Sequence record: MK817115.1
Reading direction: 5' to 3' (one strand)
Length of the DNA stretch: 64,000 bases
How positions within the stretch are numbered: position 1 is the stretch's first letter; every line of letters starts with the position of its first letter. Below the pieces are notes generated by a model. It was given only the letters and a program-made list of their open reading frames with translations, was not told where the DNA came from and searched no databases. Both the position numbers and the translations under genes were made by a program. This document shows, piece by piece, positions 17,835-27,382 of this stretch.

Positions 17835-18639
17835 TGTTACTTTTATCCTTGTACCATACAAATGTCTTGACAGGTGGATATTTTTCATTCTTTGGTGGTT
17901 CAGGCATGTCGTATACAGTTGCATTTCTAAACTTAAGAATGTATGTGTCCATTAAACGGATTATACAATAGTTTAAACATTTTTGTGCTCTTTCTTTCCA
18001 AAAATGTTTATATGGTTCTGGACAACCAAGATAATCAAGTTTATACATACTCATAGCAACTTGCATAAATCTTTGGGCCGAGAATTTTCGCTTATCAATC
18101 TTACTTGCTCTGTGTTGGTCACATGTCCAACTTGATACACCAGGCAAGTGACAAAACAAATCAAAACTAACCATACTATCAAAGTATTTGTTATGACCAT
18201 GTAACTCACCATAAAATACAGCTTCTGACACAGTATCATATAATGAGAAATTTGAATGTATATGTTCATTATCAAAAATACTTTTTAAATCTTTATAAGT
18301 TTCTGGAACAGGTGGCTCAGGTAATACTTCACCGAATACTTCAACACACCATATCTTCCATAAACCTTTTGTAAATTTATTTTCTAATTCTCTATCACTA
18401 TCAATATAAAAAGTTTTTTCATTTATGAAAACTTTTCTAGCCATGTATGCTTTAAAAATTGCATCTGGATCAATGTCTTCACGATTTACATCATCCCAGC
18501 CTTTACCAATTCTTGAAATTTCAAATCTACGCATATACATACGACATGCTAAATCTTTAGTAAGGCTGCGACGATACTTTTCATCCTGATGTAATTTGGT
18601 TGTTTCGTGAAGAGATTTAAGCATATTTAAAATTCTCAT
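17821..18639 (-). CDS. Hypothetical protein
   Basis: 272-aa ORF. Confidence 0.7.
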   Translation of the reverse strand: MRILNMLKSLHETTKLHQDEKYRRSLTKDLACRMYMRRFEISRIGKGWDDVNREDIDPDAIFKAYMARKVFINEKTFYIDSDRELENKFTKGLWKIWCVEVFGEVLPEPPVPETYKDLKSIFDNEHIHSNFSLYDTVSEAVFYGELHGHNKYFDSMVSFDLFCHLPGVSSWTCDQHRASKIDKRKFSAQRFMQVAMSMYKLDYLGCPEPYKHFWKERAQKCLNYCIIRLMDTYILKFRNATVYDMPEPPKNEKYPPVKTFVWYKDKSNKRMH

Positions 18640-19316
18640 CGCAACACCAAATATTTCCCGTTTCTTCCAATTACATATTGATCACCACTTCGTAGTACTG
18701 TATAGCTTTCCCCTAGTATGGAACTAAGACGCGAAGTGTCTAATTGTGTATCATTCTTTAATAACTTTTTCACATATGTTTCTGAAACAAAACCGCTTCC
18801 AGTACTGTAATGTAATTTACCATATGCTGTTTTTAATGTCAACATGTTTCCTTCTTTGATTACTGAAACACCAGCATAATCAAGGAACTCACTAATTGAA
18901 CTAGGAATACCCAAATCAATTCTCTGCTGTATTTCTTCAAAATCAACATCGATTGGGTCATTAACACCATATAGTTGTATTTTCCAACCTGGGTCTGGAC
19001 AAATATTTTCAATAGTTTTAATTAAACGTAAAAGTTTTTCAGGGAATTCGGCATTTCGTTCCATTTCAACATAAACTTGATATCGACCATCTAAATTTGG
19101 TGTTTCTGCTGCTTCTGTATCAGCTACATCAATAGGTGATTTTTCAATAAAAGAAGATAAATCATATGCTGCATCAAAATTGTTAAGTACCTGAAACATA
19201 ATAACAATATTACTATCTTCAATTTTAGGAGTATATTCATCAACACTAATGATAGGATGAATCAAATCTTTGAGAACTTGCGGACGTAAGCCTTGTTCAT
19301 TTAATTTCTTTTTCAT
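18636..19316 (-). CDS. Conserved jumbo-phage hypothetical protein
   Basis: GLRPQVLKDLI...VDEYTPKI pattern recalled from this phage clade. Confidence 0.7.
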   Translation of the reverse strand: MKKKLNEQGLRPQVLKDLIHPIISVDEYTPKIEDSNIVIMFQVLNNFDAAYDLSSFIEKSPIDVADTEAAETPNLDGRYQVYVEMERNAEFPEKLLRLIKTIENICPDPGWKIQLYGVNDPIDVDFEEIQQRIDLGIPSSISEFLDYAGVSVIKEGNMLTLKTAYGKLHYSTGSGFVSETYVKKLLKNDTQLDTSRLSSILGESYTVLRSGDQYVIGRNGKYLVLR

Positions 19317-19879
19317 TACATTCCACCTTCTTGTGTCTCATCCGTTACTTCTACATCTAAATCCACATCATCACCAGTTACAGGTTCTTCAATATTCTCA
19401 GGAGAATTCATTGGATTACTATTGAATTCTGCTGCCATTAGTTTATATTCATCAAAACTTTCTGGATTAATCAAGTTTCGTGGAATCTGCACTCTAACCA
19501 ATAGTACTGGGATTCTTTCATTTTTTGGTATACGTACAGAGCCAGATTGTGTCGCTACACTTTTCATGTCAGCTTGACGATTTGGTTCTTTAATAGGAGT
19601 TATTTCATAATCAGCTTTAACATATACTTTAGTTCCATGTTTCTCTAAAATAGAGAATGCGGTAGGATCGGGAAAATTTTCACGATAGTATTTAAATGTA
19701 ACAGTACACCAATACTTACTTACAATTGGCCCCTCTACCAACTCACCCTCAATAATTCCTTTATACGCATATAAATCATTATCATCGAAATATTTCTCTA
19801 CAGCAAGAAGTATATCTAACATACCACTGTTATCATACAACTGCTGAATAGCATTATCTGTATAATCTAAATCGTCCAT
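19316..19879 (-). CDS. Conserved jumbo-phage hypothetical protein (late)
   Basis: GELVEGPIVSKYWCTVTF; TAAATA upstream. Confidence 0.7.
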   Translation of the reverse strand: MDDLDYTDNAIQQLYDNSGMLDILLAVEKYFDDNDLYAYKGIIEGELVEGPIVSKYWCTVTFKYYRENFPDPTAFSILEKHGTKVYVKADYEITPIKEPNRQADMKSVATQSGSVRIPKNERIPVLLVRVQIPRNLINPESFDEYKLMAAEFNSNPMNSPENIEEPVTGDDVDLDVEVTDETQEGGM

Positions 19880-19916
19880 ATTTTATATTATCCTTAAAAA
19901 CTAGCACATATAATAC

Positions 19917-19922
19917 TATTTA
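19917..19922 (-). promoter_or_regulatory. T4-type late promoter core (G)TAAATA
   Basis: Intergenic, about 40 nt upstream of the 19879 start. Confidence 0.5.
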
Positions 19923-19940
19923 CTACTTTTAAAATACAAC

Positions 19941-19963
19941 AAAAGGGGTTTGAATCAAACCCC
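19941..19963 (-). terminator. Intrinsic terminator
   Basis: GGGGTTTG-AAT-CAAACCCC plus a T-run. Confidence 0.8.
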
Positions 19964-19975
19964 AATTTAAAAGTT

Positions 19976-20602
19976 TTATTTGTAATATTTACCTAGTACT
20001 GAATAAATTTTCAGTCTAAGTTCTGTCCAGTTTTCGATATATTCAAAACCACTATGATTCTTATACATAGTATTATGAGAACATCCCATCATAACTGATG
20101 GAATACCAAGACCCATAGCAGTTTCAATATTATTGATATAATCATCAATCATTAGTTTTACATCATATCGTGTTTGTAAATCCTCTAATGCTTCTTTCTT
20201 TGATTCATTCATTTCTATGATAATAATCTCATCAAAGCAGTTTTCACCAAATTCACGCATTAGATTTACATTTCGTAAAACTTCACCATAGCCTTTTTTA
20301 CCACATTTTGTGAGTACTACGAATTTTTCTTTATGAAAACGATCACGTAGCTCTTGTACAATATCAACTGTATTTGGTTCGACTGGCTTTAACAACCCAA
20401 ACAAATATGATTGTTGGTTGAACTGTTCAAGAATCTTTTTAACTTCAGGTTGAGGAACACCCAACCAGTCTGATAAATCATATTCTAATGGGTATGGTGT
20501 TGATGGTGTGATATTATAAGTTTGTTTTACAAACTCAGAAAGCATACCCATATGGTCCAATAGAACTTCATCACAATCAAAAACTATACAACGTGGTTTC
20601 AT
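19976..20602 (-). CDS. HAD-superfamily phosphatase (5'(3')-nucleotidase-like)
   Basis: FDCDEVL (DxD), VLTK, MIDDY; TAATG overlap at 20602. Confidence 0.8.
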   Translation of the reverse strand: MKPRCIVFDCDEVLLDHMGMLSEFVKQTYNITPSTPYPLEYDLSDWLGVPQPEVKKILEQFNQQSYLFGLLKPVEPNTVDIVQELRDRFHKEKFVVLTKCGKKGYGEVLRNVNLMREFGENCFDEIIIIEMNESKKEALEDLQTRYDVKLMIDDYINNIETAMGLGIPSVMMGCSHNTMYKNHSGFEYIENWTELRLKIYSVLGKYYK

Positions 20603-21555
20603 TACATGTTCCCCGAACAAATTAGGTCAATCTCACACAGTAAAGCACTAAGATTCATTTCACGGTCTGATACTGTTGCTTGCTTAACAACTGCATCACG
20701 AATTTTAACTTTAATCTTCATCAGTGTGATTTCATCAGTACTGAACATTTCAGCATTTCTGTACAAGTAAGAGAAAAATGCATCCATCTCATCATCAGGG
20801 ATATTTTGTACAATTTGTTCACGCATTTGGCGAATGTTGCCTGCCTTTAATGCTTCAACAATTGCAGTACGATACCCTGCTGAATTTTCAATACTATCTT
20901 CAAGTTTTACTAGCTTACCATCAACAACTGAACTTTGCAATACGTTTAGTGTTTTACGGAAATCAGGATAGGAAGCATTGATGTACTTTTGAACTTGTTC
21001 AACACTATCATCACTACTCAAATCAACACCTTCTGCTAGAAGAATATTATAAATTCGAGTCATGAATTGTTCCATATCATGCTTTTCGATTGTAATAACT
21101 TGAACACGAGAAATGATAGGTTTTTGAATTTTATGTGGTTCGTTACTTGTTAAAATAAAGCGAGCATTTTCATGATAGTCTTCCATTACACGTTTCAAAC
21201 TACCTTGTGCTTTGTGGTTCATCTGCTCCATTTCTTCAAGAACAAAAATACGATATCTACCAAAACATGATAGCTTTGCTGCGGCATCGATTTTGTCACG
21301 AACAGCATCAATGCCTTCATCGGACATGTTAAGCGTGGTCACATCACTTGGATCAAGGTGTCCATTTTGAACTAGTCCATTAATTAGTACTTTGATCGCA
21401 GATGTTTTACCAGTTCCTGCTGGGCCAAAAAACCCAATATGTGGAATGTCACCAGTCTTAATCCATTCTTCCATTTTCTGGCGTAGTGCATCGTTTTTTG
21501 ATACATAATCTTCCATTGATTGTGGGCGATATTTTTCAGTCCATAGTGTGGTCAT
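20602..21555 (-). CDS. Clamp loader AAA+ subunit (T4 gp44/RFC-like)
   Basis: WTEKYRP, GPAGTGKT, ISR and PDFRK motifs. Confidence 0.92.
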   Translation of the reverse strand: MTTLWTEKYRPQSMEDYVSKNDALRQKMEEWIKTGDIPHIGFFGPAGTGKTSAIKVLINGLVQNGHLDPSDVTTLNMSDEGIDAVRDKIDAAAKLSCFGRYRIFVLEEMEQMNHKAQGSLKRVMEDYHENARFILTSNEPHKIQKPIISRVQVITIEKHDMEQFMTRIYNILLAEGVDLSSDDSVEQVQKYINASYPDFRKTLNVLQSSVVDGKLVKLEDSIENSAGYRTAIVEALKAGNIRQMREQIVQNIPDDEMDAFFSYLYRNAEMFSTDEITLMKIKVKIRDAVVKQATVSDREMNLSALLCEIDLICSGNM

Positions 21556-21578
21556 TTGTATTTCCTTATGTGTACGTG

Positions 21579-21851
21579 TTATAGAATCCAATCGGCTGAA
21601 TTATATAATAAAGCCGTGAAAAGTTCTTCTGTCATTTCCAATTGATTTAATAAAAAATTAAAAGAATTTGCCTTATTTTTAATCCCAGTACTTTCAGCTT
21701 GGGCTGATGCAACTAATAAAACTTTAAACATATCATGTGAAACTTCATATACATATTTGGTATTTTTTCTATCTTCAAACATGAATCTTCCGTTTTTAGA
21801 TACTAATGTTACATCCTTGAAACTAAATTTTCCATCATCAGTTATCATCAA
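21579..21851 (-). CDS. Hypothetical protein
   Basis: 90-aa ORF. Confidence 0.6.
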   Translation of the reverse strand: MMITDDGKFSFKDVTLVSKNGRFMFEDRKNTKYVYEVSHDMFKVLLVASAQAESTGIKNKANSFNFLLNQLEMTEELFTALLYNSADWIL

Positions 21852-21864
21852 AATCTGTCCAAAT

Positions 21865-21892
21865 AAAAAGCCCAGATATTCATCCGAGCTTT
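21865..21892 (-). terminator. Intrinsic terminator with G-U pairs
   Basis: Minus strand AAAGCUCGGAU/AUCUGGGCUUU followed by U-run. Confidence 0.65.
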
Positions 21893-21904
21893 AATTATAT
21901 TTTA

Positions 21905-22231
21905 TTAACGACCAAAGGTTAGCATTTTAGTTCGTGGATCTTCATCTGAAACTAAACTAACTGCGGCTGGATAATCAACCAAGTTTAATTCAATACCATC
22001 AACTTCAATAGTTCTTGACCATCGACCATGATCAATTAAAATCCATTGACCTTCTTTAATATCAGTAATGTCTTCGCCTACAGAATAAACTTTTGCCCAG
22101 CGAGAACGAATACCTCTAATTTTACCGTCATCGTTTGTTAAAACGATACCACCTGCTGTTTTGCGTTCACCATGTTCCAGTTCAGTTACCAGTACTTTAC
22201 CTTTACATGCAGTCATTACTTTATTAGTCAT
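21905..22231 (-). CDS. groES: Co-chaperonin GroES-like protein
   Basis: ERKTAGGIVL mobile loop, KVYSVGE, IKEGQWIL. Confidence 0.88.
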   Translation of the reverse strand: MTNKVMTACKGKVLVTELEHGERKTAGGIVLTNDDGKIRGIRSRWAKVYSVGEDITDIKEGQWILIDHGRWSRTIEVDGIELNLVDYPAAVSLVSDEDPRTKMLTFGR

Positions 22232-22239
22232 TTAATATA

Positions 22240-22584
22240 TTACTCCTGATCTTTGGTTCTAGCTCGACGTGGTGCTTTCTTCTCTTCAGAAACCTCAGCT
22301 TCTTGTTCTTCGGGCTTAACTTCAAAACTCTCATCATCCCATACTTCATCCGTACCATGTTCAGTACTATGAAGTTGATGTTCAGGGATATAATCAGGAA
22401 TTTGCATTTCTCGTTCTTTTTCTTGAATCAACTCTTCACGAGTTTTAATAATTGTTCCACCGGAACCGATTTTATCACCACGTGCGTTTAGATTAGCATT
22501 ACCCAATGCTACCTGATGTTGATTTTGGTACTTGAGCATATCCATGTCAATTGTTGTACCACGATAAGTTGTATGTTTAGACAT
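22240..22584 (-). CDS. Conserved hypothetical protein with an acidic tail
   Basis: GNANLNARGDKIGSGG. Confidence 0.7.
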   Translation of the reverse strand: MSKHTTYRGTTIDMDMLKYQNQHQVALGNANLNARGDKIGSGGTIIKTREELIQEKEREMQIPDYIPEHQLHSTEHGTDEVWDDESFEVKPEEQEAEVSEEKKAPRRARTKDQE

Positions 22585-22629
22585 ATCAAAATCCTTTTAT
22601 TGTATGTGTGATATAAGCCTACAATAAAC

Positions 22630-22640
22630 ATTATATCACA
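22630..22640 (-). promoter_or_regulatory. Extended -10 promoter TGTGATATAAT
   Basis: Intergenic; no consensus -35. Confidence 0.5.
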
Positions 22641-22647
22641 TGTTTTT

Positions 22648-23166
22648 CTACCATTTCAAAAATTCGTTAACATCAAGTTCGTACTTCAATGAATCTACCA
22701 TATGTAGTCCAATCAAAAACAAACAGTATGATGCAACAGAGCTTCCACGTCCTAGACCCCAAAAGATCTCATTTTCTTCCATATAATCAACAAGCCATAT
22801 CATACATCTTAGTAGCTTTGTCATATTATAATATTCATATAAATCAAGTTCATACTCAACACGTTTTCGTGCTTCATCGGATGTGCATTTTTGTAAGAAA
22901 AAGTCACGCAGATTTATATTGTCGTATACTGGATCATATCGCCACAGTTCATGATTTTTATCATGCTCAATTGTATAATCCAGCATACGTTGTTCTAAGC
23001 CAAATTTTTTACAGTTATCATTGAATTTCAACCTTTCAGGTTCATCAATTTCCTGCAATTGTAAGTACTGGATATCTGCACCGCAATTGATTGCATAAAC
23101 AACTGCGTTAAGATTACATTTCACATCACCATTGGGACTTATAAATCTGTTTCCTTGTACTTTCAT
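22648..23166 (-). CDS. dnaE: DNA polymerase III alpha (DnaE) N-terminal palm fragment
   Basis: RVEYEL...WGLGRGSSVASYCLFLIGLHMVDSLKYELDVNEFL matches DnaE RLEYEL...[34 protein letters not shown]. Confidence 0.85.
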   Translation of the reverse strand: MKVQGNRFISPNGDVKCNLNAVVYAINCGADIQYLQLQEIDEPERLKFNDNCKKFGLEQRMLDYTIEHDKNHELWRYDPVYDNINLRDFFLQKCTSDEARKRVEYELDLYEYYNMTKLLRCMIWLVDYMEENEIFWGLGRGSSVASYCLFLIGLHMVDSLKYELDVNEFLKW

Positions 23167-23437
23167 TTTTCTTCTTCTGGGCCTCTTCGTTGTCAGTTAG
23201 ATATGAATCCATATCGAAGATACATGGGTCTTCTTCGTCATAAACAGTTTTTTCTTTTTGTCCTTGGCGAAGTTCTAGTTCAGCATAACATTGATTTAAG
23301 ACAGTTTGCATATTACCAATAATCATGTCACTTAGGCCAGCAGCACGAGCAGAAGTTAAACGCATAGACTGTTCATTAATTTTTAACTGTAGTTCTTTTT
23401 CCGTCATTCCAGACGGGTCAAAAAACGGATTAAACAT
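23126..23437 (-). CDS. Hypothetical protein
   Basis: 103-aa ORF, GGAGG SD. Confidence 0.65.
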   Translation of the reverse strand: MFNPFFDPSGMTEKELQLKINEQSMRLTSARAAGLSDMIIGNMQTVLNQCYAELELRQGQKEKTVYDEEDPCIFDMDSYLTDNEEAQKKKNESTRKQIYKSQW

Positions 23438-23438
23438 A

Positions 23439-25859
23439 TTAACCTCCTATGTTATTGTTTTGCAATGTAATCAAAAATGTATCTGAAACATAATTCACTG
23501 ATTCATGCGAAAAGTATCCGAATTCAACCGATGTGATTTCGAACTCTACACCTACCATTGTACCATGTTCATTGTTCTGAAGTAAAGTGTTGAAAAATGC
23601 TTCACCTTTCCCTGGTTGACAATATGCAACTGGAATGATAGGCATGAATTTTTTCTGTATACCATCTTCAATGTATGGGTGATTCATAAATCTTGGAACC
23701 GTATCAAGCATTTCATCACTGATACTTGGTATCGCATCAACGTATAGACCACGATTTTGTAAATCGGTTGGGTCTTTTACTAAGTTGGTTGTGTCTTCAC
23801 CAATAGCCTGAAAAATATTTTGTCGTAAACCAAATAATTCACCAAGCTGACCGTTGTCGATTTGAGTATATTGACGTGGATTTTTGGATACAGATACTAA
23901 AGATCCTTCAGGTAAAACCTCTCTATATAATAGATCATATTGTAAGTTACCTTGATTGTCAAGTGCTGATATTATTTTATAATTACCCATTACCATTTTA
24001 AATTTTCCATTTGGAATAGTAGTTCCATTTGGGTTAATTATACTATTTCTCAATACTTTCTTGATATCAGAAAGGTTAGTATATGGATACGTTTGACTTA
24101 GGAAGTTTTCTTTCAATAACATCTTCGGTATTTTCTGAAGACCATATCTATTGTCAGATTGTCGGAAAAATAGTTGATTAGTGAATGATGAAGTACTGAT
24201 ACATTTAAACCATTCTCTCTCAAATGCAACCGAAGGTAATACATGTGCACTCAAATAATTCTGTCCGAATCCTCTTACAATCTTAAGGTTAAATATTTTT
24301 CTTGCTTCACCACCTTCAGTACTAAATGCTTTAACATAAAACGATAATTTAATATCATCATTTTCACTAAAATCAATACTTTTGGCATATGCAGTTCCTA
24401 CAAGATATCCATCTGGTGTCAAATCTATCCCATACTTTCTAATGTCATCACCACCATCTAAAACATACGAAACTTGATTAGAGCTATCAGTTTCAATTTT
24501 AGGATATATACTGTCTCCAAAATATTCACCAACATGTATGGTTCCTAAATCACTATCAGTAATAAAGTTTATATTATTACCTTCTTCTGCGTTTATCAAA
24601 ACCCTGAACATTTTTTGCATACCAATGATATTATCACCAAGAGTAGAGTCATAATATCCTAAATCAATCCAATCACTACTATCATAAACGGGCTTAATTG
24701 TTCCATTATCGTATTCACCACTAATTACGTATGGATACACAACATTATCTTTTAATTGATATAAATGATTGGGTAGTGGTTTTTCTGAAATAGAATATAT
24801 AGTATCTATGTCTTCAGGACAAACCCACATTTGATATGCTTTATATCGTTGATTGATAGCAAACCTTTCACTTTCTTCGGTGTATGTACTTAATATATCA
24901 ACAATCTCAACTTTAAAATATGCATCACAAGCATCTGAGTCATATAAAAATGTTTGCAATAATTGCCCATTTGGGTTGAACACCATTCCAGTGTCAATTA
25001 AATTACCATTTCTATTTTGAATATTAACTTTTACTTCTTTGTTTATACCAGAAATAGGCCATGTTGATTGTGCTGGCTTGAATACTGCGAAATCATTCGT
25101 AATATGTTTATCTGGAACTTCAGAAATATCCATGTCAATCAAACGATATGCTGGAAAAAAGACACGAGGTGTAATATCAGTAGTCATGTCAGTACCCAAA
25201 ATGAAAGGTCGTCTTCTTCCAAATCCTTGAACGAACAATGTACTGTTGGAGCCATACTCAACATCACCAATACAATAAAGCTTTTTGTCATCACCAATCT
25301 CAACTCCAGGTGTAACCCAAACTTCTTGACTATCATATGTTATTGATGTATCAGTTAATCCTAGAACACCACTTGGTGAAATATTTCCAAAATACATAAC
25401 ATTTACTGCTTGTAAATAAAAATTTATAATTTCTGTATTATTATAGGTTCCATCATTTTTACAATGAATTTTTATAAAATAAACATCTTCACTATTAGTA
25501 CTTGCAGATAAGTTAAATTCATTTTTGCTGATTTTACACTTATGCTTACCATTTACTAATTTATTACCAGTTGTACCATCTGAAATAGGAACAAAAGTAT
25601 TTTCGTCATTACCAACATAAAAAGTATAATGTGGTTCTGGATCAAATACAGCACCTGAACTATCCAAGCATTGTATGTTAAGAATCATTTCTAAGTATTC
25701 ATCTTCATTTAATACATAGCTATCATCCGTTGTGCTTTCTTTATTGATACTCAAACGCACAAGAATGTCTTGTCCTTCTTGTATATATCGAGCATCGGCT
25801 TTTATATCCCATCGTGGGGTAAAAGTTGTCATTATAATTCTCCATAGCCAAGCTGCCAT
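23439..25859 (-). CDS. Large late protein, probably virion structural (baseplate/tail); start may be 25832
   Basis: About 800 aa, beta-rich composition, TATAAATA promoter directly upstream. Confidence 0.5.
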   Translation of the reverse strand: MAAWLWRIIMTTFTPRWDIKADARYIQEGQDILVRLSINKESTTDDSYVLNEDEYLEMILNIQCLDSSGAVFDPEPHYTFYVGNDENTFVPISDGTTGNKLVNGKHKCKISKNEFNLSASTNSEDVYFIKIHCKNDGTYNNTEIINFYLQAVNVMYFGNISPSGVLGLTDTSITYDSQEVWVTPGVEIGDDKKLYCIGDVEYGSNSTLFVQGFGRRRPFILGTDMTTDITPRVFFPAYRLIDMDISEVPDKHITNDFAVFKPAQSTWPISGINKEVKVNIQNRNGNLIDTGMVFNPNGQLLQTFLYDSDACDAYFKVEIVDILSTYTEESERFAINQRYKAYQMWVCPEDIDTIYSISEKPLPNHLYQLKDNVVYPYVISGEYDNGTIKPVYDSSDWIDLGYYDSTLGDNIIGMQKMFRVLINAEEGNNINFITDSDLGTIHVGEYFGDSIYPKIETDSSNQVSYVLDGGDDIRKYGIDLTPDGYLVGTAYAKSIDFSENDDIKLSFYVKAFSTEGGEARKIFNLKIVRGFGQNYLSAHVLPSVAFEREWFKCISTSSFTNQLFFRQSDNRYGLQKIPKMLLKENFLSQTYPYTNLSDIKKVLRNSIINPNGTTIPNGKFKMVMGNYKIISALDNQGNLQYDLLYREVLPEGSLVSVSKNPRQYTQIDNGQLGELFGLRQNIFQAIGEDTTNLVKDPTDLQNRGLYVDAIPSISDEMLDTVPRFMNHPYIEDGIQKKFMPIIPVAYCQPGKGEAFFNTLLQNNEHGTMVGVEFEITSVEFGYFSHESVNYVSDTFLITLQNNNIGG

Positions 25860-25870
25860 TATCTATAGAT

Positions 25871-25878
25871 TATTTATA
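25871..25878 (-). promoter_or_regulatory. T4-type late promoter TATAAATA
   Basis: Exact T4 late consensus in an intergenic position. Confidence 0.75.
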
Positions 25879-25888
25879 TAAAGGACAA

Positions 25889-25909
25889 GGAAGACCCATA
25901 AGGTCTTCC
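25889..25909 (-). terminator. Hairpin or weak terminator after topoisomerase
   Basis: GGAAGACC-CATAA-GGTCTTCC; poor U-tract. Confidence 0.5.
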
Positions 25910-25919
25910 ATTAAATATA

Positions 25920-27332
25920 TCAATTGTCTGATTTAGGAGTAAAGTCAATCTTTCTTAGTTCTTTTAGTTCAGATTTATAAATGTCCCAAATTAAGTCATG
26001 ATTAGATAACAGTTCATTGTACTTATCCATCAAATCAAGATTATCTTGAATATCTTGTAGTACTGATTGATAATTATCTTGCGTCCAGCGATATGAAGGG
26101 AAGTTTACAATGCTTTGAATATTCTCTTCCGTTGCTTCAATTTCGGTATTTAACGATTTAACGAATTCAACCATTTCAGCACGGTTTGCAAATCCTTTTA
26201 CCTTAGCAATCATATCATTATCGAAACATTCTTTAATTAGAATTTTATAACGAACTTCAGCAGCACAATCATCAAGTTTCTTTTCATAACGCTTGATGTA
26301 ATATTTGAAACGGAAATCAACGAAGTCTTTAATCAAATCCATCGTAGTATCGTAAACTTTCACTTTGCCATTTTCACCTAGAACAGTTAAATGTTGAGTC
26401 ATTTTTTTGTTAATGCCAAAATACTCAATAACATCCATCTCTGTCCATTTAGCTGACGTTCCACGTGGAAGTTTAATGGTAATATCAATTACATCAGTAC
26501 TATCATTGTCATAATCACGAATCTCACCATCATCACTCATTTTGATTAGTTTTTCGATGAATTTCTCAATACTGTAATTAGGTGGTAAGCCTGTTACTTT
26601 AACAGTGCTTGCATCAATAACCTCAGCTTTACCATAGAATTCATACTTATTTTCATCAAGCTTAGTCACAACATCACTTGCACCACATGAAACATAATAT
26701 GGGGTCATTTCTTTTAGTGGTTTTTTATCAATAGCACGAATGCAATTATCAATAATATCTTCAATTTTATGTGGTAGAATTGTACTCTTATAACCAACTG
26801 ACATACTATCATTACCAAACAATGATAATGGAATAATAGGCAAGAAATGAACAGGTTCATATGTTGTCCCGTCATAGTTCTCTTTCATTGGTATAATATC
26901 AGCATCACGCAAAACAAGCATCTCAGTACTCTTATTCTTTTTAACATAAGTGTAACGAGCAGATGCTGGTGTACTGTTTACTTGTGTACCAAAACCACCA
27001 CGTTTTCCAATAAGAGGATAGTTGTTAGCTACTGGAGATGCTAGATTTTGAAGTGTTCCTGATGCTGACGTGTCCCCATGAAGATAGATACCATCACTAA
27101 TCATTTTTCCAGCACATGATACTGTTTTAATTTCCCCACTAATTTTAGATAATGTGAAGATTGCTTTACGTTGTGAACTCTTTAGACCATCAATTCCAGG
27201 AATAGCACGGTCTAGTGTATACATCGAATATTCTAGTGATGTTGTATTCACATAATCAGAACTGTTATAATCTAGTAGAGTTAGTGTTTGGTTATCGATA
27301 TTATGATTTTCTGTTTTTTTACTTTTAGCCAT
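25920..27332 (-). CDS. DNA topoisomerase II medium subunit (gp52/GyrA-like)
   Basis: DGLKSSQRK, YLHGDTS, SARY catalytic Tyr. Confidence 0.95.
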   Translation of the reverse strand: MAKSKKTENHNIDNQTLTLLDYNSSDYVNTTSLEYSMYTLDRAIPGIDGLKSSQRKAIFTLSKISGEIKTVSCAGKMISDGIYLHGDTSASGTLQNLASPVANNYPLIGKRGGFGTQVNSTPASARYTYVKKNKSTEMLVLRDADIIPMKENYDGTTYEPVHFLPIIPLSLFGNDSMSVGYKSTILPHKIEDIIDNCIRAIDKKPLKEMTPYYVSCGASDVVTKLDENKYEFYGKAEVIDASTVKVTGLPPNYSIEKFIEKLIKMSDDGEIRDYDNDSTDVIDITIKLPRGTSAKWTEMDVIEYFGINKKMTQHLTVLGENGKVKVYDTTMDLIKDFVDFRFKYYIKRYEKKLDDCAAEVRYKILIKECFDNDMIAKVKGFANRAEMVEFVKSLNTEIEATEENIQSIVNFPSYRWTQDNYQSVLQDIQDNLDLMDKYNELLSNHDLIWDIYKSELKELRKIDFTPKSDN

Positions 27333-27348
27333 TCCATTGTCTCTTGGT

Positions 27349-27371
27349 AAAAGGGGAACACCATGTTCCCC
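27349..27371 (-). terminator. Terminator-like hairpin between the topoisomerase genes
   Basis: GGGGAACA-CCA-TGTTCCCC plus T4. Confidence 0.6.
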
Positions 27372-27382
27372 ATTAGTCTATA